From Eubacteriales bacterium (lineage in GTDB: Bacteria > Bacillota > Clostridia > Oscillospirales > CAG-272), in assembly GCA_045656885.1 (NCBI GenBank), contig JAZORZ010000056.1, positions 1-57,126 of the forward strand: a stretch of 57,126 nucleotides of DNA, in the 5' to 3' direction. A program made the position numbers and the translations under genes. This document shows, one piece after another, positions 35,879 to 45,300 of this stretch (within the stretch, counting starts at the first letter, position 1; the number at the start of each line of letters is the position of its first letter). The notes beneath the pieces are model-generated. The model searched no databases and had not been told where the DNA came from. It saw only the letters and a program-made list of their open reading frames with translations.

Positions 35879-36475
35879 ATGAAACGTAAACGCCTTTTGA
35901 TACAACCATTGGCACTTATATATCTTTTATGGCTGCTCGTCATTGACAAAAGCGGCATTGCCGCCATGAGTCTTTTGGCGGCGGCGCTACACGAGGTAGG
36001 GCATCTTTTGGCGGCGCACTTTCTCAAAATTCCCATCCGCGCCATGCGTTTTGATCTCCTCGGCGCGCGCATCGACGTCAAGGGGCGTATCCTCTCCTAT
36101 GGGGAGGAGTGGCTTTTGTGTATGTCAGGGCCTCTCTCCAGTCTTTTATTTTCTCTGATTGGTTCATTCTTTTGGTCGCACACAAAGCTTGCCATTGCTT
36201 TTTCTTGTGCTTCGCTTTTGTTGGGGCTTTTGAACCTTTTGCCCATTCAAACCTTCGACGGCGGACGGATGCTGGAATGCGCGCTCCTATCCTTTGCCAC
36301 GCCGCAAAAGGTGAGTGCTATTCTGCGCGGCTGCACCTTCCTTTTTTTGTGGCTTTTGTGGGCTTTCTCTGCTTATTTGATGATCAAAATTGCCGATGGA
36401 ATATCCCTGTTTTTCTTCACACTCACCCTGCTTGCGCGATTTTTTGAGGGCAAAACACTCCAAAAAGCAAAATGA
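35879..36475 (+). CDS. Site-2 protease family (M50) membrane metallopeptidase, SpoIVFB-like
   Basis: 198 aa from MKRKRLL. HEVGH zinc motif in a TM helix and NLLPIQTFDGG second motif. Confidence 0.7.
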   Translation: MKRKRLLIQPLALIYLLWLLVIDKSGIAAMSLLAAALHEVGHLLAAHFLKIPIRAMRFDLLGARIDVKGRILSYGEEWLLCMSGPLSSLLFSLIGSFFWSHTKLAIAFSCASLLLGLLNLLPIQTFDGGRMLECALLSFATPQKVSAILRGCTFLFLWLLWAFSAYLMIKIADGISLFFFTLTLLARFFEGKTLQKAK

Positions 36476-36538
36476 TCCTTGTATTTTGCCGCCAAAAATG
36501 ATATAATAAAGGCAGAAACCAATACAAGGAGATAGAAA

Positions 36539-37573
36539 ATGCTTATCCCAATTCTTTTGTCCGCGCTCTTGATTTTGTTCATCGCGGCATTTGTTACCAC
36601 GCACCTCATCATGAAGAAAAACTTTGGCAGGGGAAAGTACCCGACCTATCCCGTTGCCGATTATTTCTATGATCACTACAAGGATTCCTACCCGCGCCGC
36701 AATGTTTCCTTTTATTCTGGCAAAAACCGTCTGCAGGGCTACATTTTCGGTGAAGAGAACACAAAAGGGCTTCTTGTATTCGCCCACGGCATCAATTCGG
36801 GGCATGAGAGCTATATCCAAGAGATTCTTTGGATGGTCGATGCCGGCTGGCGTGTATTTGCGTACGATGCAACGGGTTCTTGCACAAGTGAGGGCTACGG
36901 AACCACGGGTTTGGTTCAATCCGCACTCGATTTGCATGCCGCACTGACATACGTGGAAGGCGACAAAGCATTGAAAGATCTGCCCGTATGCCTGATGGGG
37001 CATAGCTGGGGCGGATATGCCGTTGCCGCAGGACTGTATTTTGACCACGACGTAAAGGCGTGCGCCAGCATTGCGGGTTACTCTGACGGTATTCAAATGA
37101 TGATGCGCTTTGCAGGTGCAACCATGGGTCGCGCAACGGCACTTTTGCGCCCCTTTGCCTATCTTGAACATTTGTTCCTGTTTGGCAAATACGCAACCCT
37201 GCGAGCCGTTGACGGCATCAACCGCGCAAACATTCCCGTTATGCTCATTCATGGCACCGAGGATGCACTTGTTCGATACGATATTACCGCAATTGTGGCG
37301 CATAAGGACGAGATCACCAATCCCAACGTTATCATCTATCCAATGAGCGATAAAGGACAAAACGCCCACACAAGCGTATTCCACAATGAAAAAAGCGTGC
37401 AAGAGATCGCACGGATCAATGCACGCTTAAGTGAATTAAAGGAAACGTACGGCGAGAATATCCCCCTCGAGGCGCGCCAACAGCTGTATGCCGATGCTGA
37501 CCTCGATCTTTACAACTTGCCCAACGATAAATTGCTGGGGGATATCAATGCTTTCTTTGAAAAATCACTTTGA
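36539..37573 (+). CDS. Membrane-anchored alpha/beta hydrolase
   Basis: N-terminal TM helix. GHSWGG nucleophile elbow. IHGTEDALV near the acid/His region. Confidence 0.8.
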   Translation: MLIPILLSALLILFIAAFVTTHLIMKKNFGRGKYPTYPVADYFYDHYKDSYPRRNVSFYSGKNRLQGYIFGEENTKGLLVFAHGINSGHESYIQEILWMVDAGWRVFAYDATGSCTSEGYGTTGLVQSALDLHAALTYVEGDKALKDLPVCLMGHSWGGYAVAAGLYFDHDVKACASIAGYSDGIQMMMRFAGATMGRATALLRPFAYLEHLFLFGKYATLRAVDGINRANIPVMLIHGTEDALVRYDITAIVAHKDEITNPNVIIYPMSDKGQNAHTSVFHNEKSVQEIARINARLSELKETYGENIPLEARQQLYADADLDLYNLPNDKLLGDINAFFEKSL

Positions 37574-40500
37574 TAAGCGACTTTTTCTTAATCAAATAGT
37601 ACACAGCGCAGGAAACTGCAGCTGCAGCTACAACAGAACCGATCACAATTGCGGCAATTGCGCCCGCACCGATGGTCGGTTTTTTGTTTTGGTCGGGGAT
37701 ATCCGTGGGATCGGAGGGGGCAGACGGCTCATTCTGGGGAGGTGTGATAGGCGCATCCTTTTGGATTGCAATGCTTTGCACCTCGGAGGGGGCCGTGTCA
37801 GCCATGCCGAGATCCTTGATCAAAATTTCGGTTCCGTTCATGTTTGCAAGGTCAAGAAGCACACTCGTGCCGCCCGCAAACATCCATGTTTTGCCGCCGT
37901 CAAGCGAGTATTGCATTGTTTCGCTCACACCCGTCAGCCAACCGCTCGTTTGGTCAAGCACCGCTGCAGGAGTCATGGCCTTTGGCAGGTCGGCGGTTGT
38001 TATCTTGCCCGATGTGGTGTAATAAAGTGTTGCAATGTCAAATACGCGCACGTGCGTCTCGTTTCCGTGCATTAAGAATACGCTTCTGCCGTAAAAAGCA
38101 ACGCTTGGCCAAGGGGTGGGATAGTCACAGTCTACCAAGCTGCGAAGGTTGTGATAAGTTAGCCCATTGTCTGCAGTAAGAACAACCGTCAAAGGGCGTC
38201 TTTCAGTACCGTTTGCCGAAAAATCATTGTTCCAGAACAATGCAATGTCGCCTGTTGCAGGCAAGCGCATTACCGTATTGGTAGCACTTGGCGACTGGAT
38301 ATCAATTTTGACCGGCTGCGCCCAAGTCAATCCACCGTCGGTGGAAATCGATTGATAAATGACACGTTCCTCGCGTGTGCGCAAAGAAAGCAGTATGTTT
38401 CCGTTCTTCAGCTCTGCAACAGAGGGCTCAAGCGCCGCGTGGGGGAGCGTGAGGGCATCGGGCGAGCGGTGCCAAGTGTATCCTTCGTCATCGGAGTACC
38501 AAACGTAGCCAACAGCACGATCCGAACCGTAAACGTCGTTGAGCTTTGCAGAGTAACCGACGGGCAACAAAATGCGACCGGTGGAAAGACGCAGAACACG
38601 GTGTCCGCTGGAGAGAATGGAATAACCTTGAGGTGCATCTGTAATGCGCTGGGCGTCTCCCCAAGTCAATCCGTTATCGGTGGAGCGACGAATATAAATG
38701 TTAGCGATTTCTGTTGCTTCTTTTTCAATGTAAATAAGACCAAGCTCACCGCCTGCAAGCCAAATGTAGGTGGGGTTGAGCACGTTGAGACTGTTTTCGT
38801 TTTTGATCAAAAAGCTCTTGCCATCGCTCCAAGTATAGCCACCGTCGGTTGAAGTAAAAGCGTCCAACGAAGAATCCGATGCGTCGCCGCCACCCGAGGT
38901 TCCAACCTTGGAGGCAAAGCCGTTGTAGGAGGCAACAAGTGTGCCGTCGGGCATTACATAAAAGTCACCGTCAGCACCTCTGTCGGTCGAACGCATGATA
39001 TGTCCTGTCATAACCTCACTCGAGGAATACGCACACACACCGTCCGCAAGACTTGCCATTGTAATATTCACATCAGCCAAAGCGTGCAACTTAAGATAAC
39101 CGCATTTAATGCTGTCAAAGGTCAGGCGCAAGGTTCCGTCGCCTTTACTGAGAGTAACGTTCTCAACTTTGGTGTAGGTAATGTTGTCGTTGCTGTAGTA
39201 AAGTGCAAAAGCATCTTTTCCAAGCTCGGCAAGACCGTTACCGCGCAACTCAATCGCCTCTACCTGTGAGTGAATGCCAAACCAAATGCCAACGCTGTCA
39301 CCCTTTGCAATTGTTACGGGTTCTTGTTTGAAGACTTGTGCCATGGGCGTTGAGATGGGGGAGAGGTCATTTTTTGCCAGCATAGGCGTGCCTGCCATTT
39401 TCCATTGACGTGCAATGCGGCGCTCGGCACGAATGCAGGTTGTCAGGTCGGTCAAATAAATACTACCGACTTCTTCCGTTCTTGTGGTATTAACTTTGAT
39501 ATATCTTGCCGAAACACCCGAGAACTCAAACAGTACCTGACATTTTCCACCCTCGGTGATGCGGTTGAAGTGAAATCCCTTTATTTCCGTCCAATTTTGG
39601 TTGTCATCGCTTTGCCAAAGGGTAAAGTGGTTGGCACGCGATGCCACCTTATTATCACTGTCATACAAACGCAGGGCATTGATGGATTGCTTTTGGCCAA
39701 GATCCACGCCAACGCTGTTCATATTGGTGTCAGCATAGGCGTCCTCCCCCTCAAGGACAGTGCTCATTTTACCTGTTGTGGGATCATAGTCAAGCGGGCG
39801 GTAAAGAGCGGTGGAGGCAATCACCTCGGGAACAAAAATCAGAGGTTGACTCTCGGTTCGCTCAGGCATTTGCAAGGTGCCACTCGAGGCATCTGCCCAT
39901 ACGTCATCAATGGTAACGTTGCCGAATGCTTCAAAGCGCAAAGCAGTTACGGTAGCGCATTTGTTCGTATAAATCGCCATGCCAACGTAAGTGCCGTTTA
40001 CATAAACACGCGCATAATCGGTGTTGCGACCGAGGGGAAGATCCATCGCAATTTCCAACTTTTCATTGGCATGAACGGTATCCGCTGCCGTAAATTCGAT
40101 CCAACGATTGTCGCGGCGGTAGCAAAGTGTGCCATTCGCTTTTGCGGCAATATAAATGCCGTGTGTGCCCTCGTTCATCAGCGCAAATTGCAGGTCGGTA
40201 ACGGCCGAAAGAGTAGCACAAAAACCGAATTTGCCACTGCGTACGATTCCCACATTGCGCTCTGCGGTTGAAGAAGCAGAGAACTGCAACGCACCGTTTG
40301 CCAACTTTACAATTCCGCTTGTTTGATAAAGAGAAAGCGCATCGGCAGAAGAGAAGTCATCCCTGAAAGAAACAGGCGCATCCGTTATTACCGCAGGACC
40401 AATGATCTTGACGTTATCGATTAAAAAGACGTCATTGATGCTTGCCTTGTTGTTGGTGTGAAAAACAACGCGATCGACCTTTGCTACGCTTTTATCAGCC

Positions 40501-41096
40501 CAAACAGAGCAGAGCTTTTCGCCGTCAAGATAAAGGTCAGCTACATCTGCATTGGCTTGGGTAACGATTTTGAAGGAATACCAAGTTTCTTTTTGCATAT
40601 CCGTTTTAGAGGTGGCAATCCACTTCTTTTGTGCTTTGCTATAGTATTTGAGAGTTGCCGTATCGTCCCCGTTTGGGAAGATTCCGATATTCACCCGTTT
40701 TTGATTGGTTGCAACGCCGTCTTTAGAGAGGCCAAAAGCATTGGCACCTGCTACACTTTCAAGATAATAGTCAAAAGAGAGCTCCACATCAGCAGTTGCC
40801 GCAAATGTTTTGGTGGCAATTGTGGGGTTTGCATATTCGGTTGAATTATCCTCAATACGCATAGCGTTATCTCCTTGTGCTTTGTTTGGCGCGGCGACTA
40901 CCTTAACGCCGGCATCGTTTCTGCCAAGTGGCTCAACTGCCCAATCTTCGGGTTCTTGGCCGACTGTCATATCGTTAAAGGTATCGTTGATTGCAGGCAT
41001 CGCGGTGGAATTGTCGGTTGCGAATACCGTTGGAATACTTCCAAACAGAATGCAAAGTGTCAAAAACAGTGCTAAACTTTTTATGCTTTGTTTCAT
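37545..41096 (-). CDS. Large surface protein with LamG-like, F5/8-type-C-like and BNR/sialidase-like beta-propeller regions and a C-terminal TM anchor
   Basis: Signal peptide MKQSIKSLALFLTLCILFGSIPTVFA. Five Asp-box/BNR repeats (STDGGYTW, STDNGLTW, SDDEGYTW, STDGGLTW, SLDGGKTW). C-terminal Pro-rich linker plus a TM helix. Confidence 0.78.
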   Translation of the reverse strand: MKQSIKSLALFLTLCILFGSIPTVFATDNSTAMPAINDTFNDMTVGQEPEDWAVEPLGRNDAGVKVVAAPNKAQGDNAMRIEDNSTEYANPTIATKTFAATADVELSFDYYLESVAGANAFGLSKDGVATNQKRVNIGIFPNGDDTATLKYYSKAQKKWIATSKTDMQKETWYSFKIVTQANADVADLYLDGEKLCSVWADKSVAKVDRVVFHTNNKASINDVFLIDNVKIIGPAVITDAPVSFRDDFSSADALSLYQTSGIVKLANGALQFSASSTAERNVGIVRSGKFGFCATLSAVTDLQFALMNEGTHGIYIAAKANGTLCYRRDNRWIEFTAADTVHANEKLEIAMDLPLGRNTDYARVYVNGTYVGMAIYTNKCATVTALRFEAFGNVTIDDVWADASSGTLQMPERTESQPLIFVPEVIASTALYRPLDYDPTTGKMSTVLEGEDAYADTNMNSVGVDLGQKQSINALRLYDSDNKVASRANHFTLWQSDDNQNWTEIKGFHFNRITEGGKCQVLFEFSGVSARYIKVNTTRTEEVGSIYLTDLTTCIRAERRIARQWKMAGTPMLAKNDLSPISTPMAQVFKQEPVTIAKGDSVGIWFGIHSQVEAIELRGNGLAELGKDAFALYYSNDNITYTKVENVTLSKGDGTLRLTFDSIKCGYLKLHALADVNITMASLADGVCAYSSSEVMTGHIMRSTDRGADGDFYVMPDGTLVASYNGFASKVGTSGGGDASDSSLDAFTSTDGGYTWSDGKSFLIKNENSLNVLNPTYIWLAGGELGLIYIEKEATEIANIYIRRSTDNGLTWGDAQRITDAPQGYSILSSGHRVLRLSTGRILLPVGYSAKLNDVYGSDRAVGYVWYSDDEGYTWHRSPDALTLPHAALEPSVAELKNGNILLSLRTREERVIYQSISTDGGLTWAQPVKIDIQSPSATNTVMRLPATGDIALFWNNDFSANGTERRPLTVVLTADNGLTYHNLRSLVDCDYPTPWPSVAFYGRSVFLMHGNETHVRVFDIATLYYTTSGKITTADLPKAMTPAAVLDQTSGWLTGVSETMQYSLDGGKTWMFAGGTSVLLDLANMNGTEILIKDLGMADTAPSEVQSIAIQKDAPITPPQNEPSAPSDPTDIPDQNKKPTIGAGAIAAIVIGSVVAAAAVSCAVYYLIKKKSLIKVIFQRKH

Positions 41097-41225
41097 TACT
41101 CTTCCTCCATAACACAATTGAATTCCGGATAGATCGCGTTATTAAAACCATTATATCACAACGGGAGAAAAAAGTAAAGAAGAACAGTGAAAAAGGTTGC
41201 GAGAAATTAGAAAATCAAGGACTTT

Positions 41226-41321
41226 GCCCCTATGGGGCAATATTCCTGCGCGCGCCGACTGTGAGCGAGCTCCCGTCGGCTTCGCTTGGAATGCGAACCT
41301 TATTCTGCAACTGCGTTGCAG
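41226..41321. repeat. GC-rich hairpin-repeat segment downstream of tRNA(CAT)
   Basis: Hairpins gcccc-tat-ggggc, gccgac...gtcggc and ctgcaac-tgc-gttgcag. Motifs cggcttcgct and ggaatgcgaacc recur at 204-215 and 56021-56033. Confidence 0.6.
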
Positions 41322-41323
41322 AG

Positions 41324-41353
41324 CAAGGTTGAGTCGGGCTTGATGGTCCACCA
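41324..41353 (+). repeat. Inverted partial copy of the 3' third of the adjacent tRNA(CAT)
   Basis: The plus strand reads CAAGGTT-GAGTCGGGCTTGATGGTCCACCA. The tRNA 3' end on the minus strand reads CAAGGTTCGAGTC---CTTGATGGTCCACCA. Confidence 0.8.
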
Positions 41354-41354
41354 C

Positions 41355-41386
41355 GCAAAAAAGCCACCCATTTGGGTGGCTTTGCG
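41355..41386 (-). terminator. Intrinsic terminator directly after tRNA(CAT)
   Basis: Minus strand cgcaaagccaccc-aaat-gggtggctttttt. Confidence 0.8.
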
Positions 41387-41463
41387 TGGTGGACCATCAA
41401 GGACTCGAACCTTGGACCGACCGGTTATGAGCCGGTGGCTCTAACCAACTGAGCTAATGGTCC
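41387..41463 (-). tRNA. tRNA with CAT anticodon, probably tRNA-Ile2 (lysidine type) rather than tRNA-Met
   Basis: 77-nt cloverleaf: acceptor GGACCAT/ATGGTCC, D stem GCTC/GAGC, anticodon arm ACCGG-CTCATAA-CCGGT, T arm CAAGG-TTCGAGT-CCTTG, encoded CCA. The Ile2 assignment rests on remembered similarity to the Bacillus tRNA-Ile(CAU). Confidence 0.9.
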
Positions 41464-41615
41464 GTTGGCTTTTATTATTATATCTTATAGGTGGCAAAAA
41501 GTCAAGGGCTTTTTGCTATTTTTGTGTATTATTTTTCCGTGCGACCTATTTTACTTGTATTCGACACGCGCGATGTGATATGATGGGGACAACCCTGTAT
41601 CAAAGGAGAAGGATT

Positions 41616-42272
41616 ATGAAAAAAATCGTTACCGTTTGCTTGCTCATCTCCCTGATTATTTGCGGATGCGCAAAAGAGAAGAACGTACAAGAACCCCAAT
41701 CCACAACCTCGCCCGACAAGCTCGAGTTTTTTGACCAAATCGCCATAGATGCCGCCGAGGCACGCGCCCAATACTACCAAAACCTTGTGGTCGAGTTGCA
41801 GCAAGAGATACTTTCCCTCAAGGATGCCCATGCATCCGCCAAGGTGGAATACGAATCGCGCATTGAGGAATTGGAGATCGCCCTCGGCATTCCCGATGCC
41901 GCGTTGCCGTCTGATTTTCAGTATACCACCAAGAATGGCAAAATCACGATTCTTAAATACGTGGGCAGTGAAAAGGTCGTCATGATTCCCGATGAGATCG
42001 GCGGTTGCCCCGTAACACATATTGCCGATGCTGCATTTGAGAACAATTTGACCTTGGAAAAAGTCTTTCTTCCCAATTCTCTTGAGAGCATCGGTTGGTT
42101 TGCCTTCCGCGGTTGCATTGCCTTGTGCGAGGTGCAGACACCGCAATGCCTTGCCAAAATCGAGTACGGTGCATTTGAAAATTGCAATACCAAACTCACC
42201 TTTGTTTGCGCCGCGGGCTCCTACGTCGAGGAATACGCCCAAAGCTACGGATATTCCACTAAAAAGTCATAA
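41616..42272 (+). CDS. Lipoprotein with coiled-coil and BspA-type leucine-rich-repeat region
   Basis: ATG at 41616 after AAGGAGAAGG. MKKIVTVCLLISLIICGC lipobox. IADAAFENNLTLEKVFLPNSLESIGWFAFRGC LRR pattern. Confidence 0.7.
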   Translation: MKKIVTVCLLISLIICGCAKEKNVQEPQSTTSPDKLEFFDQIAIDAAEARAQYYQNLVVELQQEILSLKDAHASAKVEYESRIEELEIALGIPDAALPSDFQYTTKNGKITILKYVGSEKVVMIPDEIGGCPVTHIADAAFENNLTLEKVFLPNSLESIGWFAFRGCIALCEVQTPQCLAKIEYGAFENCNTKLTFVCAAGSYVEEYAQSYGYSTKKS

Positions 42273-42273
42273 A

Positions 42274-42315
42274 AAGGAGCAAGAACGAAGAAAAAACTTC
42301 GTTCTTGCTTTTTGT
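42274..42315. terminator. Bidirectional terminator between the LRR lipoprotein gene and addA
   Basis: agcaagaacgaag-aaaaaa-cttcgttcttgct followed by T5. Confidence 0.85.
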
Positions 42316-45300
42316 TATTCAATCAATAAGCTTGCACCCAAGGGGAGGGAATAGATGCGTATTTCATCGGGGACGTGACCGAGCAGATCGCGTATTGCCT
42401 CGGTATAGCAAGAGAGCTGATGTCCGTGGCGTTCCCGCAGTCGTGCGACAAGAAGTGCGGGATTTGCGCGTTCCTCATCGCTGATGCGGTCTGTCTTGTA
42501 GTCCACAAGAATCAAGCGACCGTCAGGCATTGTGAGCAAGAGGTCGATAGAGCCCTGCACAAACAGAGATTCTTCGCCAAGCTTTTCGGCAAGCTCCTTG
42601 TTTTGCGTGAGTGCCCTCATCGGTGTCAAAATGCCAAACTTCAACTCGCGTTGCACCTTTGCGGCCGACTTGATCAGCTCCATCAAATCACTCTCGCAAA
42701 ATACTTTTAGCTGTTTGAAGTGTAAAATATCCTTGGCGCGTCGGCTCATAAAGCCGTCGACAACCAATCGTTCCGATTCTTCCTCGGGAGAGGTTGCCAG
42801 CAGTCTTTCATAGTTACAGAACTGCAAAAATGCGTGCGTTGCGCTGCCGACCTCGGTGGCACTTGGTAGTTCTTGTGCTTGCAAAAGACTGTCAAATGGT
42901 TGAGTTGCGTTTTGCAACAGCTCAATTTGCGCCGCAATAGCACCTTCTTCGTCTCCCTGACCGGAAAGTGTATCCAACAGGTTGGCGCTCAGCTTTGAAG
43001 CTGCCGCTTTTGCCGGCAACCCCTGCAAGAATGCATAAGGATATTCCATCTCCTCTTTTGCGCGGTAAATGGCGGCATAACGCTCGGCAACGGGGGAGAG
43101 TACCAACTCTTTTTGGGGATTGGTTGTGCCGAAAGAGATGGGAAGCCCACTCGCCACCTCGCCAAATGCGGGGTGAACAACCGTCAGATCAATGTCGTCT
43201 GCAAGCGTTCCGCCCTCATAAAGTGCCGCAAGCATCCAGGAGAGCATATTCGATGCCCCCAAAATAGATGCGCGATTGCCGCGGCGAATGAGAGATGCAT
43301 TTGCTATCGCACTCTCCCATTTGCCTCGGAGCGTACCGCTGACGTACATTCTCTCTCTTGCGCGTGTGAGTGCTACGTAAAGGGTACGTATGGATTCTTC
43401 CACCTGCTCTCCGTCTACCTTCAGGCAAAGAGCCGCACGCAGGGCGGTGTCCTCAAGGTTGCCCGAGCACTCGTCATAAAGACGGCAGGCAATGCCCACC
43501 TCGCGGTGGTAGAGCAGATTTTTCTTAAGGTCATCCTTGTTAAAGGGAGAACCCGTAGAGGAAAGGAAAACAACGGGGAACTCAAGCCCCTTGGAGTGGT
43601 GAACGGTCATAACGGTAACGGCATCCTCAGCCGCACCAAAGCCCTCGGCAGAGAGCTTATCCCCCTCAAGCAGCTTTGCAAAGTGCGCAAGAAAGCCGTA
43701 AAGTCCGCAAAACGCATTTTTTTGATAGATGCGCGCTTGCTCGTAAAGATAAAGCAAAACAGGAGTATCCGAAAGATTTGCAAGTCGGTCATCCTGATAG
43801 AGCAGGCGCAAAAAGCGGTCGGCGGGCTGGGTGTCCGACAGACGGCGTGCCTCATCAAGCCAAGCAACAACCGTGGAACATTTTTGGAAAAGAGGATGCT
43901 CTGCATTTTCCGCCACCGTCAAAAGCGCATCGTAAAGTGCTCCCGAGGGAGTGGTGGCTTCGCGGATCTCGGTGAGCTCTTCGAGGTCAAATCCGCCAAG
44001 AGGAGAGAGCAAAAACTCGGAGAGCGGCAGATCGCGCCACGGGTTATCCACACTCTTGAGCAGATTGAGCATATCGTAAAGCAGAGGATCTTGAGCAATA
44101 TCCGATGACGTAGGCGACAAAACGGGAACGCCCAATTTTGTCAATTCATCGGTATAGGTCGCGCCGTGATTTTTGTTTCGTACGAGAATGGCAATATCCG
44201 AGGGGCGAATGGGAGAGCCGTTGTCAAGCGTTTCCTCGCGCAAAAGACGAGAGATTTCGGCGGCTACCCAAACGGCCTCTTCGCGCACGTCCTCGGCGTT
44301 GTCCTCGTCATCACCGCCTGCCTTTTTGCGGGGAGGTGCGTCAAATACCGCCAACGTGACGGGTACGGGATGTGCGGGAGCGGTGATACCGTCGGTAGAT
44401 TTGGAGCACACAAGGTCGTCCTGTGGGCGGTATCCAACAGTCTCTTCACAAGCGGAAAAGAGGAACGCGCAAACCTTGTTTGCAAAGTCGATTACGGGCT
44501 TGTCGCAACGGAAGTTATCCGACATAAATACACAAGCACCGTTTGCGTTTTCGGCCTCGGGGGTATCGTAAAGGGGCATTTCGCGTCTATAACCTGCAAA
44601 AATAGAGGGCTCACTGCCGCGAAAGCCGTAAATGCTTTGCTTGATGTCGCCAACCATAAAGCGGCGGTTTTTGCCAATGAGCGAGAAGATGCGATCCTGC
44701 AAATAATCCACGTCCTGATACTCGTCAATGTAAACGGCATCGTAGGATGCGGCAAGCTCCTCGGCAAAGGGAGTGGCATTGCCGTGCTCGTCGGTGAGCA
44801 GGCGGTAAAGCATTGCGCGCACGTCGTCAAATTCGAGCATACCGCGCTCAAGCTTTTCAGAGAGCAGTCGTGCGGTGTATTCGCTGTAAAAACGGTAAAG
44901 GATCTCGGCAGGCAGAGCCGTGCGGCGCATTTGTTCCGCAATGGCCTCGGCAGGATATTGCAAAAGCTCCTGCACGCGCCGAGCGATCTCGCTTTTGAAC
45001 TTTGTGCGCCAATCCTGATAAGCGAGAATTTCCCCTGTTTTCTCTTTGCAAGTGGGGAAACGACCGCTCACAAACGTGTAAGCAACCTCGCGTGCACGCT
45101 CATAGATGCCTTCGTCAAGAGCTTTTTTCATTGCTTTGCAGTAGTTGAGATCGGCTTCTACAATGCCGCTGAATTTCGCGCACATATCAGGCGTTGCATC
45201 AAGATGTGCCTCGGTTTTTTCAAGGAAGGAAATGTATCCGTCAAACAGGTCCGAAAGGTACTCGCGCACAACAGAACCGTAAGAGGTGGCAAAGTATTCG

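Noticed and set aside
37545-37573. 29-bp overlap of the convergent alpha/beta-hydrolase and BNR-protein 3' ends
   Set aside because: Short convergent overlaps are common and need no special explanation. No hairpin or recoding signal was seen.
41117-41463. Integrated prophage or genomic island at the tRNA(CAT) or tRNA-Lys loci
   Set aside because: tRNA-end repeats are present, but no integrase, excisionase, phage or conjugation genes occur in the window. The bounded segments are only about 170-230 bp. They are reported as scars or structures, not as mobile elements.
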